From: Octopus sinensis
Taxonomy: Eukaryota
Reading direction: 5' to 3'
NCBI RefSeq assembly: GCF_006345805.1
Contig: NC_043014.1
Coordinates: forward strand, 620,001 to 684,000
DNA: 64,000 nucleotides
Positions 1 through 11,933 of the stretch are shown here, in pieces. The notes below the pieces were generated by a model. The model was not told the origin of the DNA. It saw only the letters and a list, made by a program, of their open reading frames with translations, and did not search any database. Position 1 is the first letter of the stretch. Each line of letters opens with the position of its first letter. The position numbers and the translations under genes were made by a program.

Positions 1-1295
1 CCTGAAGTATTCTCAAATACCTGCAGACCCAATTATACAGGAATATGTTCCTAACATCATCATCATTTAATGACCGTTTTTCATGCTGGCATAAGTTGGA
101 CAGTGTGACTGGGGTCTGGGAAGCCAGAAGGCTGCACCAGACTCCAATCTGATCTGACAAGGTTTCTACAGCTGGATGTCCTTCCGAATGCCAACCACTC
201 CAAGAGTGTAGTGGGTGCTTTTTACATGCCACCAGCACGGGAGCTGGTCAGGCGGGACTCATATAAGAGGTGACAAGTTGGCAGAATCATGAAAAAGTTG
301 AATAGGATACCTTGTGGTTTTTGTTCTGGTCCCCTGGGCTGATTTGCAACCCACTGAAGTTAACTTTGTCTTTAGGGGTTAATAAAATACCAGTCAAATA
401 CCGGGATCAATTCTCCCTTTCTCATCATAATTTAGTGTCCATGTTCCATGCTGGCATGGGTTGGAGGGGTTGATCCAACAGCAAAGAGGACTGCATCAAG
501 CTCCAATGTCTGTTTTGGCATGGTTTCTGTGGCTTGATGCCCTTTCCAACACCAACTACTTTACAAAGGAAATCAATTGTTTAGTCCTTGAGAGAGAAGA
601 GCTCTGCCAAGATTAAAAATGGCCAAGGCACTCTGTGTGTCACAACTGTGCTCATATCGCTCCAGCAGAGGCTGAGGGTCGAAGGAAAATGTTAAAATAT
701 AAATGTATACACTCAAAAGAGAGTTTCAGGTGAACAAAGTCAGGTAATATATATATATAGGTGTAGTTGTGTGGCACAGGCATGGCTATATGGTAAGCAG
801 TTTCTTCCTCATTAAATGCTTCAGGGTTCAGTCCCACAGTATGACACCTTAGGCAAGTGTTTGCTACTATAGCCTTGGGGCAACCAAAGTCTTGTGAATG
901 GATTTGGTGGAAACTGAAAGAAGCACATCATATATCATCATCATCATCATCATTTAATATCTGTTTTCCATGCTGGCATAGGTTGAACACATATACACAT
1001 GTATGTATGTATGTATGTACGTACGTGTGTATATGTGTCTGTCTTTGTGCTCCATCACTGCTTCACAACCAGTGTGGGTTTGCATGGTTGCAGTCTAGTG
1101 ACTGAAATAAAAAGATAGAAAGCTACACACACACACACACACACTTCTTATTATCTTCATGTCTGTATGCTTCAAATTCTGAAACCCTCAGTGTCTACAC
1201 TGTGTAGCATAGATCACAATGCCTACAGAGCATTTCATTAAATTCACCAAATTTATCAGAAAAATGCCAAGGTTGAATTAAAAAGCAATACAAAC

Positions 1296-1348
1296 CATGA
1301 GGCGTCGAATGTAATCTTTGATTGTCGAGCTAAAACAATTGTATTGAT
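1296..1348 (-). CDS. NSMAF: NSMAF/FAN coding exon 7 (INTIVLARQSKITFDAS-W); gene continues beyond window start
   Basis: Acceptor aactttcag|, donor TG|GTTTGT; 53 nt, phase 0-2; resembles FAN ITAILQSRLARTSFD. No further exon found in 1-1295. Confidence 0.88.
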
Positions 1349-1813
1349 CTGAAAGTTAACGAGAAATTAAACAGGTGAGACAAATGATCCACAAAAAGAT
1401 ATTACATCATTAAACTCTGGAATAAAGTACATTCGTGTGTGTGTGTGTGGGGGGGGGGTCCTCAAAAGCATTTAAAAAAAATCAAATCAAGGAGAACTAG
1501 CAACCACTGACGAGACAGGAAGCTCATGGCTTACTCAGTGGGACTCAATAAAATTCATCGTTACTGCTGTGGCCAAGAAAGAAAAAAAGGGAGGAAGAAA
1601 AAAAATCAAGGACTTAGATCTACAAACTGGGTTTGAGCCGAGACAGCAGTTGGGCTGATAATGCTTGTGAGGAAGTATTGAAAATCATAAAGCATTATAT
1701 CATCAGAGAGAGAGAGAGAGAGAGAGTGTGTGTGTGTGTGTCCATCTGTCCATGTATGCATGCATGTCTGTAGTGAAATGAAAAACACATGGCAGTCAAG
1801 TAAATCCACTCAC

Positions 1814-1927
1814 CATTGAAGCCTGTTCTATTTTGTCAAGGGTTGACGCTCGATGCAGTTGGGCAATATGGGATAAACAAGCATTGACTGTTGTATAAAC
1901 TAAACGAAATATATGTTCTTCTACACC
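1814..1927 (-). CDS. NSMAF: NSMAF/FAN coding exon 6 (GVEEHIFRLVYTTVNACLSHIAQLHRASTLDKIEQASM)
   Basis: Acceptor ttttctattgcag|, donor ATG|GTGAGT; 114 nt, phase 0-0; conserved FAN motif QLHRAS.LDK. Confidence 0.95.
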
Positions 1928-1947
1928 CTGCAATAGAAAAAAAGGAT

Positions 1948-1988
<41 letters not shown>

Positions 1989-2896
1989 CAAACACTAGAG
2001 TTGTTTCTTATGAGAATATCTGTCTATAAGACCAGAACTGAGAGACAAGTGACAGCAGCAAAGCAGAAATCAATGTAACTTTACAAACCTGTCCAACCCA
2101 CACTTCTAATACAATATTCTTTCAATAACTAAAACATCGGTGTACATGTGCAGTGTCATTATATTCTCGTAGTTTTCTCTTTTTAAATAGTTTTGATCCT
2201 CTTTAATGTCCCACTCGTTATCTTTCCCTAATCTGCTACCCTTTATGTATCATCCTTTGTCCAGTCTCCCCCACCCACCCATCCCTCACTCATGGCCCTA
2301 CCATTACACCTTGCTAACACACCATTCTTTAAACCAGTTTAAGCCCAGTAAATTTCCAGATAATCCACAACATTTACCCACCACTCTCACCAACTCGTTC
2401 CCTTCCACATCAAAAACCTTTTATGGAGAACGGTTAGATACTCCATTCCACCAATTTGCAGTGAAGAAATATTGAATACAGTGTTCTGGGACACAGACAC
2501 AAATACATGCACAAGTATATATTAGGATATTAATGATTTCCATACAGATCCCAACAACCAAATTTTACTCACAAGACACTGGACAACCACAGGCTGTAAC
2601 AGACTTACCCATGGTGCCATGCAATGAGACTCAACCCCAAACCAACATTTTTATGGAGCAAACAACCACACCTGAATCAGTGAACAACACCCACACACAC
2701 GTGTATCCTGAAGAGCTAGTTTGTATATAAATTCTAGGGCAAACAGATCCTCAGTTTGCCTGGCTGTCACAATGGTTTCCACTTTTACTTAATAGTTTAG
2801 TGATTGGTTGTTGGAAAGGCATCCGGCTGTGGAACAACCCCTCACACAAACAAACACACACACATCGCAGGTGATTCAATGGCAATGTCCTCTTAC

Positions 2897-2990
2897 CTTA
2901 ATATAAACAAAAGGTGACACAATGTTCTTCTCTTTAATCTTCACAGTTAGGTTAGATTCAATAAAAAAGGTTTTTCCTTGGATATCAATC
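2897..2990 (-). CDS. NSMAF: NSMAF/FAN coding exon 5 (IDIQGKTFFIESNLTVKIKEKNIVSPFVYIK)
   Basis: Acceptor ttttgtctttag|, donor AAG|GTAAGA; 94 nt, phase 2-0; KEKNIVSPF resembles FAN KEHNVVAPY. Confidence 0.88.
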
Positions 2991-4429
2991 CTAAAGACAA
3001 AAGAGGGACATAACCATAATAGCAGAACAGGAATAAATGGGAGACACAGAAATGGAAACAGTTAAAGGAGTCACTTAACAAGGGACAATTTGGTTGCTAT
3101 GGAGACAGTTTAAAATACAGTTTTATAAAGGAAAAGAGAGAGATATTGTTGCCAGCATCAGAATAAATATTGGATTAGTTTCAAGCATCACCATATATGA
3201 GGTCCGGCTTCTGGTCAATCAAATCCACTCACAAGGCTTTAGTCAACCAGGGGTTGTAGCAGAAGACACATGTCCAAGGTGCCCCGATGCGGGACTGAAC
3301 CCAAGGCCATGTGCTTAGGAAAGAAGCTTCTTAACCACTCTGCCACGTCTGTGCTTACACACACACACACACACATGCCATGTTGGACCACTGAAATCTA
3401 CAAATTCTTTTCATTTTCTCTCAGTTTATTTTCTCTTATTCCTCTCTGTTAAAGAGTGTAAGCTCAAAATGTAAAAGATTTATTCTTTGTAAGCCTGGTA
3501 ATATATATATGTGTGTGTGTGTGTGTATAATAAAAAAATATATTTCTGGGCCATTGGTGAATATAACAATCAAGTGTGGCACATCAGGAAAATCCGTTAC
3601 TGAACATAGACTTACTGTGTTGTACAAGATAATGGCTAGCAAGGAACAGTTGGCATAAATGAGCAGTTGTTAAGGTGGCAACCACTTGAAACTTGTTGAA
3701 ACAAGGGCAGGCATCAAACTCAGGAAGCCAGAGGAGTGTTTCACAAACTGAAGAAGAGGAGTGGGGGGGAGGAATGCCTGCATGTGGTTTGCTTAGATCA
3801 GAACTGCTGAACAAAAGCAGCATTGGCTCCCTGGCTCTTGCAGTTCTGTTAGAGTGATAAGGGAACGTCTGTGTCTCAGTGCAGAACAAATACGACATTG
3901 GGGAATTTCATTTGAAAACACTGCATTTATTTTGCCTTGCTTTTGTTTTAACCTCTAAATGACTGTATGTGAGGTGGGGGGCATTGGAGGAGGTGGCCTT
4001 GTGCATGGTGATGAGAGGGACAGAAGCAGGTATTTTGCTGTAGAGGAGATACATAGCTACTCACTGAGAGAGAGAGAGAGAGAGAGAACCAGTTGTGTTA
4101 CTATTTCATCATTATTTCACCTTTCACTGTTCTGTGCTCACGTGGGTCAAATGGAATTTGCTGAGGCAGATTTTTTAACGACCTGATGCCCTTAACCTTC
4201 TCCTGTTCTCAAGCAATGTGATATCTCCCCATGGCTAGACATGTTTGCAAACAAAAGACACAGCTTGTATAACAGTGGCACTTGTTTACGACAACCAAGC
4301 AACATCAAGGCAAAGAGACAACAACTCAAACTTACAAAGTTTACTTTTGTCACAATTTTCAACAACATCTGTTTTCTGACTTCACAGGGGTGAGGTGGTG
4401 GGAGAGAGAGAGGCATTTTTCAAATTTAA

Positions 4430-6294
4430 ACACTAAGTGATTCCAAAAAGGTTGCGAAAGACAGCAGCACCATTTCCTTGGCATCTTCACCAGCAAACTG
4501 ACAGTTTGACAAAAGAAACCCTAAAATTCCAATTATAAATTCCACTCTCCAGTGGGCCCTCTTCGCAACCCTCACACAAACCAGATCACTGACGACCCCA
4601 AGGAATGCGCAGAACTCATTGCCGAGTGCTATGCAAACATTTCACTGTTGAAAGTCAAATGTACCATCTTCACCATCACTAACAGCAAACTCCATAACAA
4701 CTATGGAATTTACACCTGCAATGCTGCAACGTCACCTTCAAAATAAGCGCAACTATGCCTCCCCTGGTCTCGATGGAGTTACATACCTGCTTCTCAAACG
4801 TGGCAGGCACTTCCTTTTACACCAGCTTTCTATTTTCTTCCAGTACTGTCTCAACAATGGTGCTACTCCGGAGCAGTGGAAAACTGCCAGTGTCATTCCT
4901 CTGTTCAAAAGGGCGACCGCACATCACCTGTCAACTATCGCCCAGTCAGTCTCACTAGCTGTATTGCAAAACTGATGGAATCGTGTGTCAGAGAAACACT
5001 CTGGAACTTCTGGAGCTCTCACAGTCTCATCCGACCCTCACAATATGGATTTGTCCCTAACTCCAGCTGCAGTGACCAGCTTGTCGAGTTCCTTGAGGAC
5101 ATTACTCAGATTACTGACAGTGGCTCATGGGTGGATGTTGTCTACCTTGACTTTGCTAAGGCTTTCAACTCTGTGCCACACAAAAGGCTTATGGTGAAAC
5201 TCTCTGCAATGGGTGTGGGGGATGACCTTTTTAACTGGTTGAAATCCTTCATCCTCAGCCGAAAGGAGGTAGTCACAGTTCTAGGACAGCACTCTACACC
5301 ATATGAGATGTCATCGGGTGTACCACAGGGATCTGTCCTTGGTCCCTCTTGTTTGTGGCATACATTAACGACATAGATGCCAATTTAAAGAATGCCACAG
5401 TATTGAAATATGCAGACGACATCAAGCTGTACCTTGAAATCAAGAGGACAGATCCTGATGTCTACAACTCTTTCCTGCAATCAGACCTAGACACAATGCA
5501 GCAATGGATCACAGACTGGCAACTGAAACTGGCTGTGGACAAGTGTACCACCATGCATTTTGGGAGAAAAAACCCTGCGTTCACATACTCCCTCCACAAC
5601 ACTGATATCAAGAAATCCTCTTGCGAGCGTGACCTAGGCATCACTGTCAGCAGTGATTTGCGTTGGTCAAAGCATATCTCTAAGATTGTCAGGAAGGCCG
5701 AGGGTGTCTTGGCATCACTCAGCAGGTCTTTTGTTAGCCGCTCTCCAGCCATCTATTTAAAACTGTATACAGCTATGGTACGACCACACTTGGAATTCGC
5801 ATCATCAGTTTGGAACCCCTATCTTGCACAGAACATTGACCTCCTGGAATCTGTCCAGAGACGTGCAACCAACGCATACCCTCCATCAGACACCTACCAT
5901 ATTCTGAGCGCCTTGTTTCCCTGAGCATGGATTCACTGAAGCTCCGGCGTTGGCGACGGACTTGGTAACACCCACAAAGTTATCAACCACCTCACAACAA
6001 CAACACTGAACACCTTTTTGATCTCCATGTGTCTAACACACGTGGACATGCCTACAAAGTCAGAAAACAATACAGCTCCCATGACTTTCGGAACATTTTT
6101 TCACGCTCAGAGTTGCTGAAGCATGGAACAAACTGCCTGCGTCAGTTGTTGACTGCCATGACACTGCATCTTTTAAGGCCCTCATGCTTTCCGAAATCCG
6201 CCGAAACTACACCTGATTATATATACACTTTAGATGAGTTGTAGTGCACCTGAGCACTGTACACAATTATTATTATTATTATTATTATTATTAT
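4430..6294 (+). mobile_element. 5'-truncated CR1-clade LINE (RT domain to 3' tail), antisense in NSMAF intron 4
   Basis: PVNYRPVSLTS, YLDFAKAFNSVPH, SGVPQGSVLGP, KYADDIKLY, ERDLGI, VRPHLEFASSVWNP, TRGHAYKV; ends gcactgtacaca(ATT)n. Confidence 0.95.
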
Positions 6295-6694
6295 AACCAG
6301 ATATAAAGTTTTCCTAGAACAGAAAACACATGCAATGGTCTTCTGTTTAGTCTCTGTCTAGCAAATTCTATAAATAAAATTTTGGTCAGTCTGAGACTAT
6401 AGTTGAAGACGGCTGGCCATGGAACCATACTGTGAGATTGAGTCAAGGGTTTGAGAGAAAACTTTCCAATCACAAAGCTACAGCTGGGTCACATCCTTGT
6501 ATCTTGTTGTCACACCTGCACCATGCAGCAACACCTGTGTCACATACCTGTACATGTGTAACACAGTCACACATGCACCACAAAAAGCCATGTTTCTAGT
6601 GCAATGATGATGGAGATAGTTTACTAAGCTGGAGACGTGAACACCATCAAACAGACACACACTGAGGAGGAGGAGGAGGAGCGGAGGGACTTAC

Positions 6695-6750
6695 TTAGAG
6701 AACAGCTTGGCTTGGCGTTCACCTAGTTTCTTCACATTTTTCAATGGAAA
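6695..6750 (-). CDS. NSMAF: NSMAF/FAN coding exon 4 (FPLKNVKKLGERQAKLFS-K)
   Basis: Acceptor ttcaattccag|, donor AA|GTAAGT; 56 nt, phase 0-2, fits both neighbours. Confidence 0.85.
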
Positions 6751-7216
6751 CTGGAATTGAAAAGATTAAACACAGAATTAGATGAAGATCTGACACAGAA
6801 TGAAGGCCACCACTGCAATAAACACAATAAATAAACATAATATACTTGGTGAATGGCACGAAAGAAATTCTTGGCTCTTTGGTCATTTCATAACTTTTAC
6901 TGATGATGATGATGATGATAGTAGACAAGATGAAGAGCAAGATTGATTGAACAAGATTTCGACAGCAAACCTGTCTTTGTCGAGTTCAAAATAGGAAGTG
7001 ATAAAAATTCCAAATCATAGAAATTTAAAGTATGAATGAGAGCGACCAATGTCCACACATGGATGGAATGGCATCAGCAGTCTTTAAGTTTCAGTTTTAT
7101 AACAGACAAACAAAAAACATGAAAAGAAAAAGGAAAAAGAATATTTAATCAAATAGTCTTGTATAAATTGGATGATATTCTCCTGTCATTTTATTCATTC
7201 CTCCAGGGCATGATGT

Positions 7217-7814
7217 TTATAACCTGCAAACATATTTCTCCTCATGCATTTTGAATATTGAAAGTGAAGCAGATTCAGAATATTTTCTGAGAATATGCTC
7301 TTTCAAAACTTTTTCAAAATTGCAGCCATTTGAAGCAAAATGTTCAGTAAGTTCTAGTTGAACAACTGTTATTTTGCCTGACAACGAATCTGTGCCCATT
7401 AAATCTTTTGTTTGATTGTTCTGTTGTACAAGCAACATAAATCAAGTTGTGTTTCATGCATTCTGCCATGTACACCAAATGGGAATCTCTACATGTCCCA
7501 CCTTCTGTATAAATCATAACATTTCTGTTATGGTTCCTGATGGAATTCAGTTGATTCATATTGCTGCTCAATGAACAGGGCTTACCTCTCTTGCAGCTGT
7601 TTTTCAAGTTACAGTGTGCAGATACTCCAATGTTAGTTTTCTTGGAGTCAGAAATAGAGGTCAATAGTTCTCTTATATTTTTATTCCATCCAAAGACTAC
7701 ACTAGGCGGCTGAGAAAATATCTGTTTGAAACGAGGATATTTTGCCACCTCATACTGGTAACTTTCATGCAACACTTTTGAAATACCAGTAAAATTTCGG
7801 TGCCAGTTAATCAC
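7217..7814 (-). mobile_element. Penelope-like element remnant (GIY-YIG endonuclease)
   Basis: FSQPPSVVF..KNIRELL, TCRDSHLVYMAEC..LIYVACT...KRFNGHR, then after a frameshift ELTEHF..CNFEK.L..HIL. Confidence 0.8.
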
Positions 7815-8524
7815 TAATTATATTGTGTTTGCTAAAATTATACATGACAGTTTGACTATCTTTGCTAATCTTAGCTATTTCATTTGCTATTTCCTTTAAT
7901 TGAAATTTAAAGACTGATGATGTCATTCCATCAATGTGTGGACGCTGCTCACTCTTGTTTATACTTTAAATTCAAATTTCTATAATTTTGAATTTTTATC
8001 ACTCCTTATTTTGTACTCAACAAAGATGCTTGCTGGGGAAATGTCGTTCAACCAATAAAATATCCATTGCAATCGCATCACGCTCTTCATCTTCTCTGTT
8101 TATTTTTGTGAAGAGTTATATCAATCCTGTTAAAATAGCAATAGCAATAATAATAATAATAATAACAATTTCAAATCTTGGCACAAGGTCAACAGTTTCA
8201 AGTCAATTACATCGATTCCAATGATCAACTAGAACTTATTTTATCAACCCCAAAAGGATGAAAGGCAAAGTTGACCTTGGTGGAATTTGAACTCAGAATG
8301 TAAAGGCAGACAAAATACTTAGCAGCATTTTGTCCAGCGTAATAACAATTCTGCCAGCTTGCTGCCTTATAATAATAACAATAATAGTAATAGTAATAAT
8401 AATAATAATAATAATAACATAAATAACATCCTCTTTTTCATCATTTTTTTAAACATCCACTTTTCTATTTGCACAGACAGAATTTATTGGAAAGTTTGAG
8501 TGCATGTGTGTGTGTATATATATA

Positions 8525-8895
8525 TATTCTTTTATTTTTTGTCATTTTGACTGTGGCCATGCTGGAGCACTGCCTTTAGTTGAGCAAATCGACCCCAGGA
8601 CTTAATCTTTCTAAGCCTGGTACTTATTCTATTGGTCTCTTTTGTTGAACCTGTAAGTTATGTGGATATAAACACACCAGCCTCAGTTACCAAGCGATGT
8701 TGAGGGAACAAACACACACAAATATATATATACAATGGGCTTCTTTCAGTTTACATCTACCAAATCCACTCACAAGGATTTGGTTGGCCTGAGGCTATAG
8801 TAGAAGACACTTGCCCAAGGTGGCACGCAATGGGACTGAACTAGGAACTATGTGGTTGGTAAGCAAGCTACTTACCATACAGCCACTCCTGCACC
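8525..8895 (-). mobile_element. SINE family A copy
   Basis: Same body, more diverged. Confidence 0.85.
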
Positions 8896-9289
8896 TATAT
8901 ATATATATATGTATGTATATAGCTATCTACCTTTTATCTCTTATGATTTGGTTTGTATCTCTGTAGGGTGTTAGTGACAGATGGTCATTGATTCTGATTT
9001 TAGTGGAATTAATCGACACCCAGCCCTGTCACTCACACCCTACATCGATACAAGCCAAATAAACATGGCAACAGGAATCTCTTTAGAATCTGCTTCCTGA
9101 AGATTGTACACTTTAATGAGAACCACCTCTGCTATCCATAAGGCCATCTGCAGAGAAGGCCTCAACATCCTGCTCACCAACTCAGGACCATCCCTGCATA
9201 GACACTGGTCAACGAGGAGTTACACATGGAACAGCAGCCTTGCACACAGGAAAACTGTCCTCTCTACGACATGAGGAAATGTCTGCAAA

Positions 9290-9545
9290 TATACACAGGA
9301 TACCAGATATGGTATTCCAAGCATGATGACTATCACATTGGTAGGATGGTTCGACTATTCCACATCCTACTGAAGAAACAAAAACCTGGCTACCAACATG
9401 TCCTCCATCCACAAACATTTAATCAAATGTGGAAACACCACCAAAGAAGCAGATACTTCCATTCTGGTAACAGAGTGGAATACACGAAATCTCTGTTTCA
9501 AGGAAGCCTTATTGATCCACTGACTCAACCCGAAAACCAGTAGAT
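9290..9545 (+). mobile_element. Decayed Penelope-like GIY-YIG remnant
   Basis: YQIW...YHIGRMVRLFHI followed in another frame by SSIHKHLIKC...ILVTEWN..LCFKEALLIH*LNP. Confidence 0.6.
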
Positions 9546-9755
9546 AATCAGAGTTGGGCCAGTGGTTCCTGTAAATAAATTACTAACCACTCCCTACATC
9601 ACTGCAACCATGATCAGCATCCTCATCACTCTAACAGTCACTGATAACGTTGCCTACCAGCACCTTGTTAACCACCACCATTGCTTGCCACAACGAGGAA
9701 TGTTGCTGTTGGCAGCCACCACCTTAATAATGACTGCTACGAAGGTTTACACCAT

Positions 9756-10167
9756 CAACACCATCTCTGACTCCTCCCACAACATTGACCACCAACACCA
9801 TCTCTGACTCCTCCCACAACATTTACCCCCAACACCATCTCTGACTCCTCCCACAACATTGACCACCAGCACCATCTCTGACTCCTCCCACATTTACCCC
9901 CAACACCATCTCTGACTCCTCCCACAACATTGACCACCAACACCATCTCTGACTCCTCCCACAACATTTACCCCCAACACCATCTCTGACTCCTCCCACA
10001 ACATTTACTCCCAACACCATCTCTGACTCCTCCCACAACATTGACCACCAGCACCATCTCGGACTCCTCCCACAACATTGACCACCAACACCATCTCTGA
10101 CTCCTCCCACAACATTTACCCCCAACACCATCTCTGACTCCTCCCACAACATTGACCACCAGCACCA
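9756..10167. repeat. 37-bp minisatellite, ~11 copies
   Basis: Unit caacaccatctctgactcctcccacaacatt(gaccac/tacccc); one copy lacks 3 nt; no spacers. Confidence 0.97.
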
Positions 10168-10355
10168 ACAATGCCAGTATTGAGTACTGCCATGGTATTT
10201 ACTGAATGACACGCACCCACCCCTGCATACCTCAATTACTAAATTAAAATACAATGAGTAAACCTTGTTCTGTCCATACTGCAATGTTGTTAACAGAGGA
10301 AGAAACTGATTTCATTTCATTGGAGTCAAAAGAAAGGACCAAATCAGTTACGTAC

Positions 10356-10434
10356 TTTTAATAATGAGTACTTGGCTTCTTTAGGTTCAAAAACTACAGA
10401 CTTGGAGCAGATCTTTAATTTTCCTCGTTGTTGC
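10356..10434 (-). CDS. NSMAF: NSMAF/FAN coding exon 3 (QQRGKLKICSKSVVFEPKEAKYSLLK)
   Basis: Acceptor ctcttttgcag|, donor AAA|GTACGT; 79 nt, phase 2-0; matches human FAN 'IRGSLKICSKSVIFEPD' (GRAM/PH-like domain). Confidence 0.95.
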
Positions 10435-10510
10435 CTGCAAAAGAGAGAAAGAGGAAGGGAACAGAGTTACAAACAAGGAAGGAGGGGGGTTATTTTAGAG
10501 AGAGGAGACA

Positions 10511-10541
<31 letters not shown>

Positions 10542-11834
10542 AATAGATATATATAAAGATAGGCAGGGAGAAAGATAGCTAGGGAGATATATAAGTATAG
10601 ACAGAGAGATAGATAAAGATGTGTATTTAGGAACCCAAATAAGTAGGGGTGGAAAATGAGGGTGTATGTGAGAAGCAGCTGTGATAAGAGGATGACAATA
10701 GAAAATAGATTGGTTAAAGAGAGACAGTGTCATTGGGAAATACATTTTAGATCATACAACAAATTGGAAGGATTAGATGCTTCCAAACGCACGTACGTGT
10801 GTGTGTGTGTGTGTGTGGGGGGGCTGAAGTATTATGTAACACAGACAAGACTACACAATATTGTTCTGTTTATCAATGTCATAATTTTATGATGCGTCAT
10901 AGTTGTAATGATAACTTGAGGTTAGATATTAATGCAAAATATGGAGCAAGATTTTGATAATAATGTTGATTCATTGCTTAATCACTTTGTAAGTGTTGTG
11001 AGTTACGTGAGCGTGTAGTTAACATCCGAACCCTGTGGTGTGGGGTTCAGTCCCACTGTGTGACATGTTGGACAATGGCTTTCTACCTTGGGTTAATTAA
11101 AGCCTTGTGAGTGGATTTGGTAGACAAAAATTGAAAGGAGCCTGCCATGTGTTCAGGTGTGTATGTCTCCTTGGCCTAACACTACTTTGTAGTTCTAAAA
11201 CGGTCGTACAAACAATGTCCGTTGCCTGTTTTCAACTTTTCCATGCTTACACGAATCACATGAAATTTGTTGAATCAGATTCTCTGTGGTTGGATGCTCT
11301 TTCAGTCACCAACCCTCACTGGTTTCCAAGAAAAGTAATATTTCCTTCCCATGGCCAGGCATCTTCTGGCAGAATACTGGAAACAAAGGACACTGCTTGT
11401 AGGACGGTGATGCTCATTTACAACCATCACATGATGTCAAGACAAAGAACCACACACACACACACAGAGGTTTTGGTTGACTGAGGCTATAGCAGAAGGC
11501 ACTTGCCCAAGGTACCACATGCTGAGAGAGAGAGAGAGAGCTTGACCCATGTCTCTCATACTGGTGCCATATTAGAGGTGATTAAACAAGAGATTTTATG
11601 CTACGTCTCCATCATAACTGCTGCCATAGCAACATTATTACTCTCATTTAATGCAAGAGAGGTCGTCTAGGTTGTAAAATAACCAGAAGGGTCTGAAAAA
11701 ACTACTGACTTAGATTGTTGAGTCTTAAAAATGTGTGAAAATGCAGGACCAAGCGACCCCTATTGTAGTTTGGAGAAGTCTGATGGGAAGCAAAAGAAAA
11801 AGGAAGAAGATGAAACATTGAAGATGGTACTTAC

Positions 11835-11933
11835 TTATTAATAGCATCAGTTTCTGACGAGGCAGGTGGGTAATAAATCACAGCAAATTCTTCAAAATAA
11901 ATTTCCCCTGGCTCCAAGTCAAGTGGGGAAAAC
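11835..11933 (-). CDS. NSMAF: NSMAF/FAN coding exon 2 (FSPLDLEPGEIYFEEFAVIYYPPASSETDAIN-K)
   Basis: Acceptor tttttccaaaag|, donor AA|GTAAGT; 99 nt, phase 2-2; matches the invertebrate FAN motif RFSLLLLEPGEIYFEDF. Confidence 0.92.

Noticed and set aside
9756-10167. CRISPR-like array of 37-bp repeats
   Set aside because: Units are contiguous with no unique spacers, there are no cas genes, and the context is eukaryotic; it is a minisatellite.
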